This document shows, piece by piece, positions 1 to 12,463 of a DNA stretch of 64,000 nucleotides. Positions within the stretch are counted from its first letter, which is position 1. Each line of letters begins with the position of its first letter. The translations under genes were made by a program, and so were the position numbers. Under the pieces are notes generated by a model. It was not told the origin of the DNA. It did not search any database and saw only the letters and a program-made list of their open reading frames with translations. Origin of the DNA: Eledone cirrhosa (Eukaryota); assembly GCA_964016885.1 (NCBI GenBank), contig OZ024741.1, positions 264,802,001 to 264,866,000 on the forward strand, read 5' to 3'.

Positions 1-71
1 GGCGGACATCGCGCATGTTCTAGAAAAGTCTAAAGTATGTCACGTGACTGGAGATTCATCAGGCTGGTGCT

Positions 72-339
72 TATCCTTGTCATAGTATATATATACTCAC
101 AGACGCCGTTCCTCCCCATATATTTGTATATATATATATATATACGTATATATATATATATATATATCCTTGTCATAATATATCCCGCCGAGGTTGACTT
201 TGCCTTTCATCCTTACGGGGTCGATAAAATAAAGTACCAGTAATGCACTGGGTAATTGCTGGCCTTGTGCCTAAAGTATAAACAAATATATATATATACT
301 CACAGACGCAGTTCCCCCCATATATTTGTATATATATAC

Positions 340-417
<78 letters not shown>

Positions 418-482
418 TTGTCATAATATATATATATACTCACAGACGCAGTTCCCCCCATATATTTGTATATATCTATATA

Positions 483-540
<58 letters not shown>

Positions 541-600
541 AATATATGGGGGGGGGCGGCGTCTGTGAGTATATATATATTATGACAAGGATATATATAT
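72..600. repeat. Tandem copies of a ~60-bp unit separated by (TA)n; last copy inverted; truncated SINE inserted at ~183-283
   Basis: Unit tatccttgtcataatatatatatactcacagacgcagttcccccatatatttg recurs near 72, 165/290 and 413; its reverse complement is at ~537-595. Confidence 0.75.
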
Positions 601-1274
601 ATATATATATATACGTATATGTGTGTGTGTCTATATATATATGTGGTGGGGGGGGGGTATGTATGAGTGTCTGTGAAGGTATGTATGTGTATATATATAT
701 ATATAAATATGCATATATATATGGGGGGGGTGTATGTATGAGTGTCTGTGAAGGTATGTATGTGTATATATATATATGCATATAAATATATACACATACA
801 GACACTCACATACACCCACACAAAGACAAGCTCACACACACACACACACATACACACATATATATATATATACATACACACGCTCATATACAGAGACACA
901 CCGTCAGCAGCCACACACCAATACACAGAACCAAGATGTTTATAGCAAACATCAGTTGAGAGATAAGACTAAGCTTGTGGTATTTATTGGTTGATCTGAA
1001 GCGGAAAGTTAAGATCTATACCTTAGTTAACACTTACATACATAGATAGCAGCATTAACGGTATTACACCCCACCCCACCAAACCCCACCCCACGTGTAT
1101 ATATATATATATATATATATACACGTACACATATATATATATGTATTTATGTATATGTATATATGTGTGTGCATGTGTGCATATATATATATATATACGT
1201 ATATATATATGTATATATGTATGTATATCTCATATATTTATATGTTCATACACACACACACATACATATATATA

Positions 1275-1354
<80 letters not shown>

Positions 1355-1467
1355 TTAAGCAAAGAATTGCTGCTTTCCCCCTTAACGGGATCTTCTGAAA
1401 CTTACAAAAATCAATCTGTGAACGCAGAAGTAAATATATATGTGTATGTGTGTGTGTGTGTGTGTAA

Positions 1468-1552
<85 letters not shown>

Positions 1553-1565
1553 CAGATAGACAGAT
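1468..1565. repeat. (GATA)n microsatellite
   Basis: Direct read of the tandem gata array. Confidence 0.95.
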
Positions 1566-2388
1566 ACTCTAAGACTGATATTATCATGAACCATTTCAAA
1601 AATTCCTGAAACAGGACTCCCAACGTGATATCCCATGACGTCATGACGTCGTGTCATGTGTTATCTGTATTATCTAAATTAGCAGAAAAACCACCCTTCG
1701 AGTGGTTTTCTGCTAGCATGTGTAGTGTGTATATTGATATTATACGCAGGTATATATACATGTAGATATGATACATCAAATAAAATCGTAATTGACAATA
1801 TACACAGAAATTGAACGAAGACTGCGTTACACTGTCTTATGTAATCAGAAACGTAATCCATGATACATTAAAAAAAGACGATATTATATATAAACTGCAT
1901 TAGCAGAAAATTAGTGACGGAAATATATGAATTTAAGCGATCGCCACCGGAAGTGTTGACATTTGAAGATTTTAAAGAAGTGAATATTTAAATAAATAAT
2001 AAAATAGTAGATAAATTATGTAATATTCATTCATTATTTATTCAAAGTAATCCAACTTATACTAAGGAGATAAAAAATTATAAACCGTACGCAGTCCCGC
2101 GCATCTTACTTTATTATCGTTTAGATGTAGTTAAACTTGCTTACGTCACACACTGCTATTCACCCTTTCCCTACTACAGGATATCCACACGTAAATGTAA
2201 ATATCCTTCCATTTACATACTTACTGATATATCAGCGAATATCTCTATGGCTATGTGTGTAATGTGTGTATGTCTATATTTCTCGAACAAATGATAAATC
2301 ACCAAGGTTCTATACATTATATAATTGATTTACATATGTTTCATTCAACTACAAAGGAAGTAGTATTAATACCTTTGTAGAGAAATCC

Positions 2389-2837
<449 letters not shown>

Positions 2838-3359
2838 TTCGTTTCTGAATTTGTTTAGCAAGATTCTTTATCTGAAATCGTGTGTTGAAACCGATATTGT
2901 TATACTTTGGGAGGGTCATGTTGCCAATAAGAAACACACGCACCAGTTGCTTTCACTTCAATTTATTATATATTTATAAATTCATAAATTTACAAATCTA
3001 CAAACTTATAAATTATAAATTTCTGGTTGGTTGGTTGGTTCCACAACCAGATAGTTGTTTATATATATATAGTCATAGTCCTTTCGTCACACACTCTGTG
3101 ACCTCTTCAGTGACTGGGGATTCCTTTCTTCGTTTCTGTGCCTTTTCTTTCTTCTATCCTACGCCATTTTGTTTCTGACACAGAAACAAAATATATAAAC
3201 AACTATCTGGTTGTGGAACCAACCAACCAACCAACCAGAAATTTATAATTTATAAGTTTGTAGATTTGTAAATTTATGAATTTATAAATATATAATAAAT
3301 TGAAGTGAAAGCAACTGGTGCGTGTGTTTCTTATTGGCAACATGACCCTCCCAAAGTAT

Positions 3360-3367
<8 letters not shown>
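2838..3367 (-). mobile_element. Fold-back element, family A, with hammerhead in the spacer
   Basis: Near-perfect inverted arms ~2895-3066 / 3191-3367, unique tail 2838-2894, (TA)n flanks; a diverged sibling is at 4008-4437. Confidence 0.8.
3071..3115 (-). ncRNA. Minimal type I hammerhead ribozyme motif
   Basis: Minus strand reads AGTCA-CTGAAGA-G-GTCACA gagtg TGTGAC-GAAA-GGAC-TA-TGACT: stem I AGTCA/TGACT, 6-bp stem II, intact core. Confidence 0.75.
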
Positions 3368-3445
<78 letters not shown>

Positions 3446-3526
3446 GGTAAACAGAAATAACAACACAATCGGTACAGTATATCGAAGGGATATATTAGGT
3501 TAACGCTTGATATAGCAGGAAGAGGG

Positions 3527-3562
3527 TCTTAACGTTTCGGACGCCAGTCCTTCATCAGAAGA
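3527..3562 (-). ncRNA. Minimal type I hammerhead ribozyme motif (Penelope-type)
   Basis: Minus strand reads TCTT-CTGATGA-A-GGAC tggc GTCC-GAAACGTT-AAGA, with a palindromic AACGTT stem III and a GUU triplet. Confidence 0.8.
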
Positions 3563-3662
3563 AAGAATGAGAAATAAAATAGATTGAAGGGACGGGCGGG
3601 ATGGAATTGGAAAAAATGTCTTTAGATAAAAATAACAGGTCCATTCGTGTTGACATCTCTTG

Positions 3663-3703
<41 letters not shown>

Positions 3704-3839
3704 AAATAATTATCGCTCTACATGGCTGAATACAATAAGTGTAATCTGAGTTTTTCGAATGAGGGGCTCATTCTACTGATATGGCTTTAAAAAAGAGGCT
3801 GTGTGCATAATTGCAAACGAATCTAATATTATTATTATA

Positions 3840-3970
3840 CGTCCCTTTACGATCTGAGTTCAAATCCCGCCGAGGTTGACTTTGCCTTTCATCCTTACGG
3901 GGTCGATAAAATAAAGTACCAGTAATGCACTGGATAATTACTGGCCTTGTGCCTAAAGTAGAAACAATTA
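3840..3970 (+). mobile_element. tRNA-derived SINE, family 1, 5'-truncated
   Basis: B-box-like gagttcaaatcc followed by the core gcctttcatccttacggggtcgataaaataaagtaccag, seen in more than 10 places in the window. Confidence 0.8.
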
Positions 3971-4007
3971 TTAATATTCGAAAAACTCAGATTATATATA
4001 TATATAA

Positions 4008-4437
4008 TCCGTTTTTGAATTTGCTTTGAGAGATTTCTAATCTGAAAGCGTGTGTTGAAACAGATATTGTTATACTTTGGGAGGGTCAGGCTGCCAATAA
4101 ACACACACACACATGTTGGCTTCACTTCAATTTATCATGTTTCCGGTTGGTTGTTTGGTTCGATAACCGGAAGGTTGTTTATATATTGTCAAAGCTCTTT
4201 CGTCACACATTCAATGACCTCCTCAGTGACTGGGTTTTTTTTATTTTGTGTCTCTCTCCTTCGTTCTGTCCTACACATTCTTGTTTTTCTGTGCTGTGTC
4301 AACAACATATTTAAACAACCGTCTGGTTATCGAACCAAACAACCAACCAACCGGAAACTTATAATAGATTGAAGTGAAAACTAACAGGTGCGTGTGTTTT
4401 TATTGGCAGCATGACCCTCCCAAAGTATAACAATATA
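4008..4437 (-). mobile_element. Fold-back element, family A, second copy
   Basis: Arms ~4064-4185 / 4307-4437; same tail (tctgaaa.cgtgtgttgaaac.gatattgttatactttgggagggtca) as 2838-3367. Confidence 0.8.
4188..4231 (-). ncRNA. Minimal hammerhead motif (variant of 3071-3115)
   Basis: Minus strand reads GTCA-CTGAGGA-G-GTCA ttgaatgtg TGAC-GAAAGAGCTT-TGAC. Core kept; changes fall mainly at N7 and in loops. Confidence 0.65.
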
Positions 4438-4475
4438 TATATTATAGAAAAAATGTTTTTATATAATATATATAT

Positions 4476-4905
4476 ATATCAATGATATTAATAAATGGAA
4501 ACTATCTTTATAAAACCATATTTATTTTATTATATATATTTCAAGGGTTCCAAAATTTTGGTACGCTCTCATCAGATAAAATACAAAAGTTGTTTTATAA
4601 ATAGTGACATATCCAAAAAAACAAGAACTTATCGTTTTACTATTTATAAAACAACTTTTGTATTTTATCTGAGCGCGTACCAAAATGTTGGTACCCTTGA
4701 AATATATATAATAAAATAATAAAATATATAATAAAATAAATAATAAAATAAATAATAAAATATATAATAAAATAAATATGGTTTTATAAAGATAGTTTCC
4801 ATTTATTAATATTATTGATATTATACTCCAGAAGAAAACTGTAGAGTGCTTCGAATCTGTTATAAATAAATTTGTTGAATAACCAACAAATTAAATATTT
4901 CTTTG
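4476..4905 (+). mobile_element. Fold-back element, family B, second copy
   Basis: Arms ~4476-4605 / 4639-4821. The left arm read on - gives TATTTTAT-CTGATGA-GAGCGTACCAAAATTTTGGAACCCTT-GAAATATATATA-ATAAAATA (4523-4583). Tail ctgtagagtgcttcgaatct. Confidence 0.65.
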
Positions 4906-4918
4906 CTTATATATATAC

Positions 4919-5004
<86 letters not shown>

Positions 5005-5337
5005 ATGTATGTATGTATGTATGTATGTAGCTTAATGTATAGTAACCTTATGCTACTGTTGGTTCACCAGAACCAACAGAACTCGATGCGCAGGTGGGAC
5101 CGTTTAAATATAGAACATGGTGTTACACATTTGGTGTTATACTATGGTCGGTTTCCCCCATAAGCAGAGAAAGTGTTATATTAATAATAAGTAGTCAGAT
5201 TCCAGAGTCGGGGCACAATCGATACAGATCGAACCTTGAACTCATCAATCGCGAAACGCGCGTCATACCAGAGTAAGCTTAATGATGATACTCTGATAAC
5301 TCGTTCCTAATTATTATTAATTATATGTGTGTGTGTG

Positions 5338-5375
<38 letters not shown>

Positions 5376-5570
5376 TATGTATATATTTTTAATACGTATA
5401 TATATTTATATGTGTGTGTAAAACCGTTTGTTTAGAAATGTTTGTAAGGGAAGCTACTCATGCCAACATTGTAGTTATTTCCCTTAGCGGAGACCATTCA
5501 ATATCTATTATTATTCAAATGTTTTATCGCAAGTACTAGCTGAGATTAAAACTCTTTGTTTTTAAAATAG

Positions 5571-5666
5571 AAGTGAAAGTGACGTACAAACGAGTACCTT
5601 CCACCACCAACGAACTTACCCGCCACCTCTGGGTCCCGAGTGGAGAATACATTGCCCCCGAGGACG
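5571..5666 (+). other. Candidate upstream exon of the LRR gene (5' UTR or coding unresolved)
   Basis: GC-richer island bounded by acceptor ttgtttttaaaatag (ends 5570) and donor G|gtgagg (5667); contains no ATG. Confidence 0.4.
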
Positions 5667-5783
5667 GTGAGGGAGACGCGCTGGAATATCTTATGAGGAA
5701 GTTTAGTTATATAAAAGACAGACAGACAAACAGCCTTGAGACTGTTTTATTCATGTTTGATTTTAGTGTTTTCTGTCTTGCAT

Positions 5784-5825
<42 letters not shown>

Positions 5826-5869
5826 CGCGTGTGTGTGTATCTATATATATAGAGAGATAGATATATATG

Positions 5870-5925
<56 letters not shown>

Positions 5926-6152
5926 AAGAAATTAAAAGATGGATATATATATATAAATATATCTATATACACATATATTAATATATACATGTATATATAT
6001 AATATGTGTATATGTATATATATATGTCTGTGCGCGTCCTTTTTACTACTCTGTTAAATATTTCCATTAAATACAATACTTTACTATTTTTCTTGTTTGT
6101 ATATGACACATAACACTATATTTATATATTTATATATTTTCTTATTTTTCAG

Positions 6153-7670
6153 GGAAATTGCTACTTAAAATCGGTGTTCTACTATTTGGTGTTGCTGTCC
6201 CTTTTTCTGCATTCAATCGACGCCGTGAAACAGGCTCACTGCCAAAAAGGATGTTCCTGCAAACACGGGAAGGCCGTGTGTACCAAATTAAAAGCCTTCC
6301 CTTATGACTTACCAAACACCACAATGACTTTGGAAATACGTGGATCGGACATAGAATATATCCCAGCTGGAGCATTATCATTTTCACCAAGCATTCGCCA
6401 CGTATCTATCATTAACAGCAATATTAATAAGATCCTCACGTGTGCATTCAGCAATCTCAAAGCTATTAGCATAACATTTACTGAAACTACTATCATGGAA
6501 GTGCAAGAAGGAGCATTCCGCCATTTGGAAAACGATATTTTCATTACATTGAAGTATTCGAGAGTCTTTCGTTTACATAGTTTCGCGTTCGATGATTTAA
6601 GAAACGTTAACGAGTTCCATATATCTCATTGTAAATTCCAATCAATCAATCCATTCGCATTTAGTAAAATAAACAACGTAGAGAAAGTTCATATCGCCAA
6701 CAATAACTTCCCAATTCTTCCATCTTTGACTTTCATTAATGTAAAAAATGTTAGATTGTGGGACATGGAATTCAATACATTCTCTGATTTCGCATGCAAC
6801 CCGTTTAGTTACCTCTTCTGGAATGTCACCGAAGTTAATGTATTCTTCAATAGACTACCTTGTTCTTGCGAAGTGGCCAAATTTTTGCAATCCGATTTTC
6901 CTTTCCCGCCACATATACGGGAGACTTATATGGTTGAAAACATGTGTTATGAAGACGAAAATACTGAAGATATGTTCCTTACTAATTTTGTTAAGATGCA
7001 AAGCGGTTGCGAGAGTTTTCGACTCGCAAGTTGTACTGAAAACGCCAGAAGTTCCTTAGAAGTGATATGTCAAAAATCTTCTGTCATACGTACAGATAAA
7101 TTGTCGTCATTGATACCTCACGCTACAGTAAACCCTGATCTATCTACAGTCCGCGATCCAAACGGTGTTTATGCTGAGGAAGAAGAACCACTGTACAACA
7201 ACCCGACTACAAAATTCGAAAGCCAAGGTGACAGTCAAAGCAAAACCACAGAAAATAAAGATGATATGCCTAATAATAGTTTAAATTCTGGTGACAGAGA
7301 ATCATCTGCTGATGGTATTAACGACGAATCAAGACATCCGGATATGGGCTCTGCAAAAAGACACGAGCCGAAGGATAAAGCCGTTGATGTAGTTATTACT
7401 CGAGTTATAAAAGGTAGCACCAGTACTTCACCTAACCCCGTAAAAACCGAGAGAATCAACAAGAAAACCAGCAACAATGCAGATTCAATTAGTGGACGTA
7501 TTGGATCGTTTGTCACTGAAACGCCGAATCCTAAAAGCACGAAGTCAACTTCTCTGCAATTACAAAATCAACCATCAAAAACAAGTGGACAGTCAACCTT
7601 GCTTGCCTACACAAAGCTTTGTATGATTCTATTTCTCTTGGCCATAAACTATGTAGCGCCATATTTTTAA
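6153..7670 (+). CDS. Extracellular leucine-rich-repeat protein, probably GPI-anchored; main/terminal exon
   Basis: Acceptor ttatttttcag ends at 6152 and the frame is open from 6153. Hydrophobic signal (VFYYLVLLSLFLHSIDA), LRRNT (CQKGCSC..C), repeated I...AF..L..L LRR units, LRRCT (NRLPCSC), Ser/Thr/Pro-rich stalk, C-terminal hydrophobic tail with no cytosolic segment. AATAAA at 7699-7704. Confidence 0.9.
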   Translation, partial: GNCYLKSVFYYLVLLSLFLHSIDAVKQAHCQKGCSCKHGKAVCTKLKAFPYDLPNTTMTLEIRGSDIEYIPAGALSFSPSIRHVSIINSNINKILTCAFSNLKAISITFTETTIMEVQEGAFRHLENDIFITLKYSRVFRLHSFAFDDLRNVNEFHISHCKFQSINPFAFSKINNVEKVHIANNNFPILPSLTFINVKNVRLWDMEFNTFSDFACNPFSYLFWNVTEVNVFFNRLPCSCEVAKFLQSDFPFPPHIRETYMVENMCYEDENTEDMFLTNFVKMQSGCESFRLASCTENARSSLEVICQKSSVIRTDKLSSLIPHATVNPDLSTVRDPNGVYAEEEEPLYNNPTTKFESQGDSQSKTTENKDDMPNNSLNSGDRESSADGINDESRHPDMGSAKRHEPKDKAVDVVITRVIKGSTSTSPNPVKTERINKKTSNNADSISGRIGSFVTETPNPKSTKSTSLQLQNQPSKTSGQSTLLAYTKLCMILFLLAINYVAPYF

Positions 7671-8501
7671 ACACATGCATGTGTACGTAAATGTCATAAA
7701 TAAAGTTATATTTTTGTAAATATTCCTTAACTTATCTTTAATTCCGAAACCCTAAGGAAAGGTGTTGAATAAAGGCAATGCTGTCAGAACCTGATAGATC
7801 TAAACATTTGCTTTACAAAACCAGTACGAACGTTGTGTTAACCGAATGAGAAAGAGCCCACAGCATATAACCAAAGAGAGGTCTCCCACAAGTTAAATTA
7901 AATTGCCAGATAATGTGGTATCCTTTCTTCTGCTAGATAAAAAAAAATGGTTGAGAAAGGTTAAATGGTTTATGTAAAGACACAATGCAACATGTCTGCA
8001 TTGGAACGCGAGCCTATAATAACGATGTGCTAAGTTCTTCCTGATAGAGACTCGTATGTGTAACATCAGACTCCACTCAATCAACACATCCCACTCAGGC
8101 TAAAATCTTAAATAATTTGCTTGAAGTGTTTCGGTATAAAATTTTCCGAGTGTTTCATTGATTATTCGTCTTCATGTGTAGTGAGTTGGCAGGAATGGTG
8201 GAAAACAAACTAACAAAGGCCTTGCAGCTTTTAGTTTCGTACTTCTATTATATGAATTCAAATCCCGCCGGGCTCAACTTTTTTCTCCAATAAATATACG
8301 CGGCGGCTTAGTGCTGACGTAAAGACTCAATACTTTGTCGTGAATCACAAATAAGGATTGGAATTTAGATTAAACAGTTAATACAATGTCAAATAATTTA
8401 TAGCGTGATTTACACAGACACAACATCCACATACAGACCTATTAATTCTCATTGGTTCACACACACACACACACCCGCACACACACACACAGACACACAC
8501 A

Positions 8502-8543
<42 letters not shown>

Positions 8544-9744
8544 CAAACACACACACAGTTATATACACAGACAAACTGAAGTATCATATTATTATTTGCG
8601 TTAATACTTGATGTTCATTTTCAACCTTCGAGTTTGGAATCGTCTTCCGATCCGATTTTGTTAACATTTGTACAAAATGGTAGCAGTCAGTCATAATGAG
8701 CGTAGAATCTTCTAAAATAATTTATTTATGTGATGCGCTGTTATGTTTTTTTGTTTTTGTTTTTTATTTTGTTTTTGTTGTTTGTTTTTTGTAATTCCTC
8801 TCAGAATTTTGTACTATAAAGCCTAAGTTCGTGATTTTTATTCTAAATTAAATTGTATTTGACATTTAAAAAAAAATATATTTGAATTAAAATATTTGTT
8901 CCCCAACTAATTAAGCTCTTAAATTTCTCATAGTCGTCAGTGTGTACTGATCTGTCGTAATTGCTGGTCACATTGTCATCATCACTATATCTTTGTTGCT
9001 ACATGTCGTTTATACTTAGTATCGTAGAGAGTTAGTAAAGACAGACAGACCTTACTAGAATTCGAAATTAGTGGCTGTACATTGACATGATACCATTTAT
9101 GAAGTCAGTTGGATCAATTCTATTGCTATGTTTCCTACCTTTCGAATATAGTTTCAGCAAGGTGAACACATGGGTTAAGATTTCAGTGTACCTTTCTTTC
9201 TCAGTGTATAAGAACTTTCGATTAATGAATTGGTCATTCTCCTAATGATCTAATTATTTAATCCATGACGTAACCTCAAGGTTTTATTAGCAATTGCTCA
9301 ACGTATGAAGATGTCCGCATTTATATGGCGTTGTAATTGAAATTGAAGGACTGGAACTGCTCTTTCCACGACTCTGCGCTGTGTTCATATAAGCAGCAGG
9401 GATATTGTGTAATAACAAATATACTGTTTCCTCTCAATTGTTGAGATTGATTCCTCAATAATTGGAGAAGATAACTAGAACTCACTACAATATATTCTTC
9501 CCTGGAAAAAAGATGCTTGTAGTTACTTCCCTTCCATTTATAAAATCACCAACAGTCAACTATGGAAGTTAACACAATCTTAATGATGGACTAACGTAAA
9601 ATGTATCTTAGTGCAGGCGGTGTTATTAAAAAAAAAAAAAACAGACTGAAAATTAATATTTGAACAGTCGAGAATATTTCTTGTCGATTTTCAATAAACA
9701 AGCAAAAAAAACAAAACAAATAAAATTACTGTTAACCAATTTTA

Positions 9745-9922
9745 CTTCATTTCTCATCAGACATGTGTCGTCTGCTGAAAATGAAATCTGTTTCTCATCG
9801 GACATATGTGTCATCTGCTGAAAATGATGTAAGTTTTTCATCGGACATACGTGCCGTCTGCTGAAAATGAAATAAGTTTTTCATCGGACATAATTGTCGC
9901 CTGCTTGAAAATGAAATCAGTT
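9745..9922. repeat. ~42-bp minisatellite, ~4 copies
   Basis: tcatc(a/g)gacat...gtctgctgaaaatga recurs at 9754, 9795, 9838 and 9881. Confidence 0.85.
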
Positions 9923-10268
9923 TGTATAAGTTGCCAGTAATGAAAGTCGCCAGAGTGTTAACTAAAGAGTTACTTGTTTTCTATTAACTGCTGCCACAGT
10001 GTATGGATTAGATTGTGAACAAAACAAAAGATGTTCAAGAGTGAAGAATAAAAAACATATTTTATGTACGAATTCTCTTATTTCAAGTGTTGCATGTCGT
10101 CTCATTTTCTATTTATTAATATAACTATACTATGAATAAATGCTAAACAGTGGAAAGACAGCAGAGAACGAACAAGCGATGTAGAGAATTAGAGGGAATG
10201 CATAATAGAAATAGAGAGGGGAGATAGGGAGAGAGAGAGAGAGAGAGATAGAAAAAGAGACGATCTCT

Positions 10269-10306
<38 letters not shown>

Positions 10307-10581
10307 CTGTATATAGCGTATGTGATTCAGTGAATTACTGGTGGTGGTACCAAATGAACACTCGATGCACGGGTATGAGTGCGTATATTGAGAAAAACGT
10401 TGAAGTAACTTTTACACCAGTCTGAAGAGCAGATCATTAATGGAGTCGGGTCCATAACTTCTATTGGTGACCTTGGGCCGATCCTCTGTGAAACGCGTGT
10501 AACACGTCGATACACACTAAAAAAAACTAATTACGCGTAAACGAAACTTCATCGTTTTGCTTCATATATGTATATATATAT

Positions 10582-11296
10582 ATATGTGTAAATATGATAA
10601 TAAGGGCGCTGCGGAGTTGCAAATGGGTTACATATGAAAAAAGTTTGTCCTTCATCAGTGATCTTCCAACTATCATAGGTATTTCATCGCTTTAAAAACC
10701 ATATACCTCCGGTTGGTGCGAGCAACGGCTAAAAAAAGTCGTTGGGACACGAGGGTAAGCAAACAAAATGGTGAGGCAACAGAAAGTGAGGAAGGAGGAA
10801 ACAAGTCCCAGATTTCTATGAATTTAAGTTCGGTGAAATCGTGAACGAGAGAATAAAGACCATCAAACCTGGTTGAAATGTGAGCAAGGAAGGAATTTCG
10901 CACAGGTCTAACGGGAGGAAGAAGGGGTCTGGTCTGCGAATTCGGTAAACATAAGTTCTGTGAAATCGTAGACGCGAGAGAAAAAATTCCGACCAGCTTG
11001 GCCGAGAATGTGAGAGAAAAGAGTTACTCACAGGTCAAACGGGAAGAAAGAGGAGGAGGAGGAGAGGTAGTGACAGAGAATGAGTGAGTGAAGGGTGGGG
11101 TGAGGAAGAGGCTAACAGAGAGAGAGACTGCTAGAAAGGGTAAAGATACATAGAACGAAAAAGACGGTGTAGCAGCAGATGAAAAAATATGTGTAAATAT
11201 GATAATAAGGGCGCTGCGGAGTTGCAAATGGGTTACATATGAAAAAAGTTTGTCCTTCATCAGTGATCTTCCAACTATCATAGGTATTTCATCGCT
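10582..11296 (-). mobile_element. Element bounded by identical ~110-bp direct repeats (pseudo-LTR-like, putative Penelope-like)
   Basis: 10582-10691 equals 11187-11296. Each repeat has CTGATGAAGGAC on - but no GAAA. (TA)n flanks. Confidence 0.6.
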
Positions 11297-11307
11297 ATAT
11301 ATATATA

Positions 11308-11387
<80 letters not shown>

Positions 11388-11407
11388 AAAAATATATACA
11401 TATATAC

Positions 11408-11458
<51 letters not shown>

Positions 11459-11759
11459 TACACACAATGTTTTTGATTTTCTCTTCAATGTTTCCTTTTG
11501 TCTGATTTTTTTTACTGTAAGGTTTGATTTTTTTTTTTGGGGGGGGGGTCTTAACATGTTCTTCTGGGCGGGTTGTTGGCCCTCCACAAAATAGTACGAT
11601 GATGGGGCTGCCACCTTAAAGGTGAGCCGACACGCCACGTGTCACTGCCACCCCGGGAACCACCCCGGGAGACCAGCCCACCGAGGGTCGCCCTAACAGG
11701 AGCAAAGCCCCAGACTTTCGGATTTAAGGAACACACAAGCCCCCTCACCACGACTAGGC

Positions 11760-11990
11760 CAAACCCAGGAGGGGCTGGAAGAGGCCCCGCATCAGATGGC
11801 TGAATGTCATCAGGCAAGTTCTCCGGAGACTCGACATCACCTTGGAGGATGTAGAGGAGCTGGCACGGGACCTACAGCTATGGAGGGCGCTGGTAGACCT
11901 GGTCGGATCTACACACGATGATGCTCTGGGATCACTGGCTTAGGATGATCACTGCATCGTCAAGCAAGAGCAAGAGGAAGAAGAAGACGA
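11760..11990 (+). mobile_element. RTE-type LINE 3' end fragment
   Basis: Decayed G.R.GRPRIRW...DITLEDVEELARDLQLWRALVD motif followed by an (aag)n tail. Confidence 0.65.
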
Positions 11991-12463
11991 GATTTAAGTT
12001 GGACATAAATACTCTGTTTACATTAAACAAGGATACACTAAGGCGACTACAGTTGTTCGGAGCTGGAGTGTTGCCGTAAAAATGGGCTTGGAATTTAGTG
12101 CGATGCAGGAATCTTTCAACATCCGTAAGGGTATGATGTTCATCGCTGGCAGGTGTGACGGGTATGAATCGTAGAACTCTCGCCCATCCTCATGCAAATC
12201 TTTCGGCTCTTAACTGCTTACACACTCCAGAGTCGCGTTCAGGTCATGACTCCTTGATGCCCTTCTGTTAGCGCCTTTTAATGAACTTGATTGTTATAAA
12301 AGCCATTTGCCACTATCTCCTCTTTGCTGAAGAAATATCTACTAAAATCGATTATCTGTTAATAGAAAGAAACTTACAATTGGTACTAGAGATGAAAGCT
12401 GCAACGAGAATCATCCTTGCACAGAAATATATGAATTAACGAGATGTTTAGCAAGAAATAACT

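Noticed and set aside
37-1660. Many YI/CV-rich short ORFs
   Set aside because: Artefacts of (TA)n, (CA)n and (GATA)n microsatellites; the same applies across the window.
6142-7540. Antisense and alternative-frame ORFs overlapping the LRR exon
   Set aside because: Shadow ORFs of a genuine coding exon.
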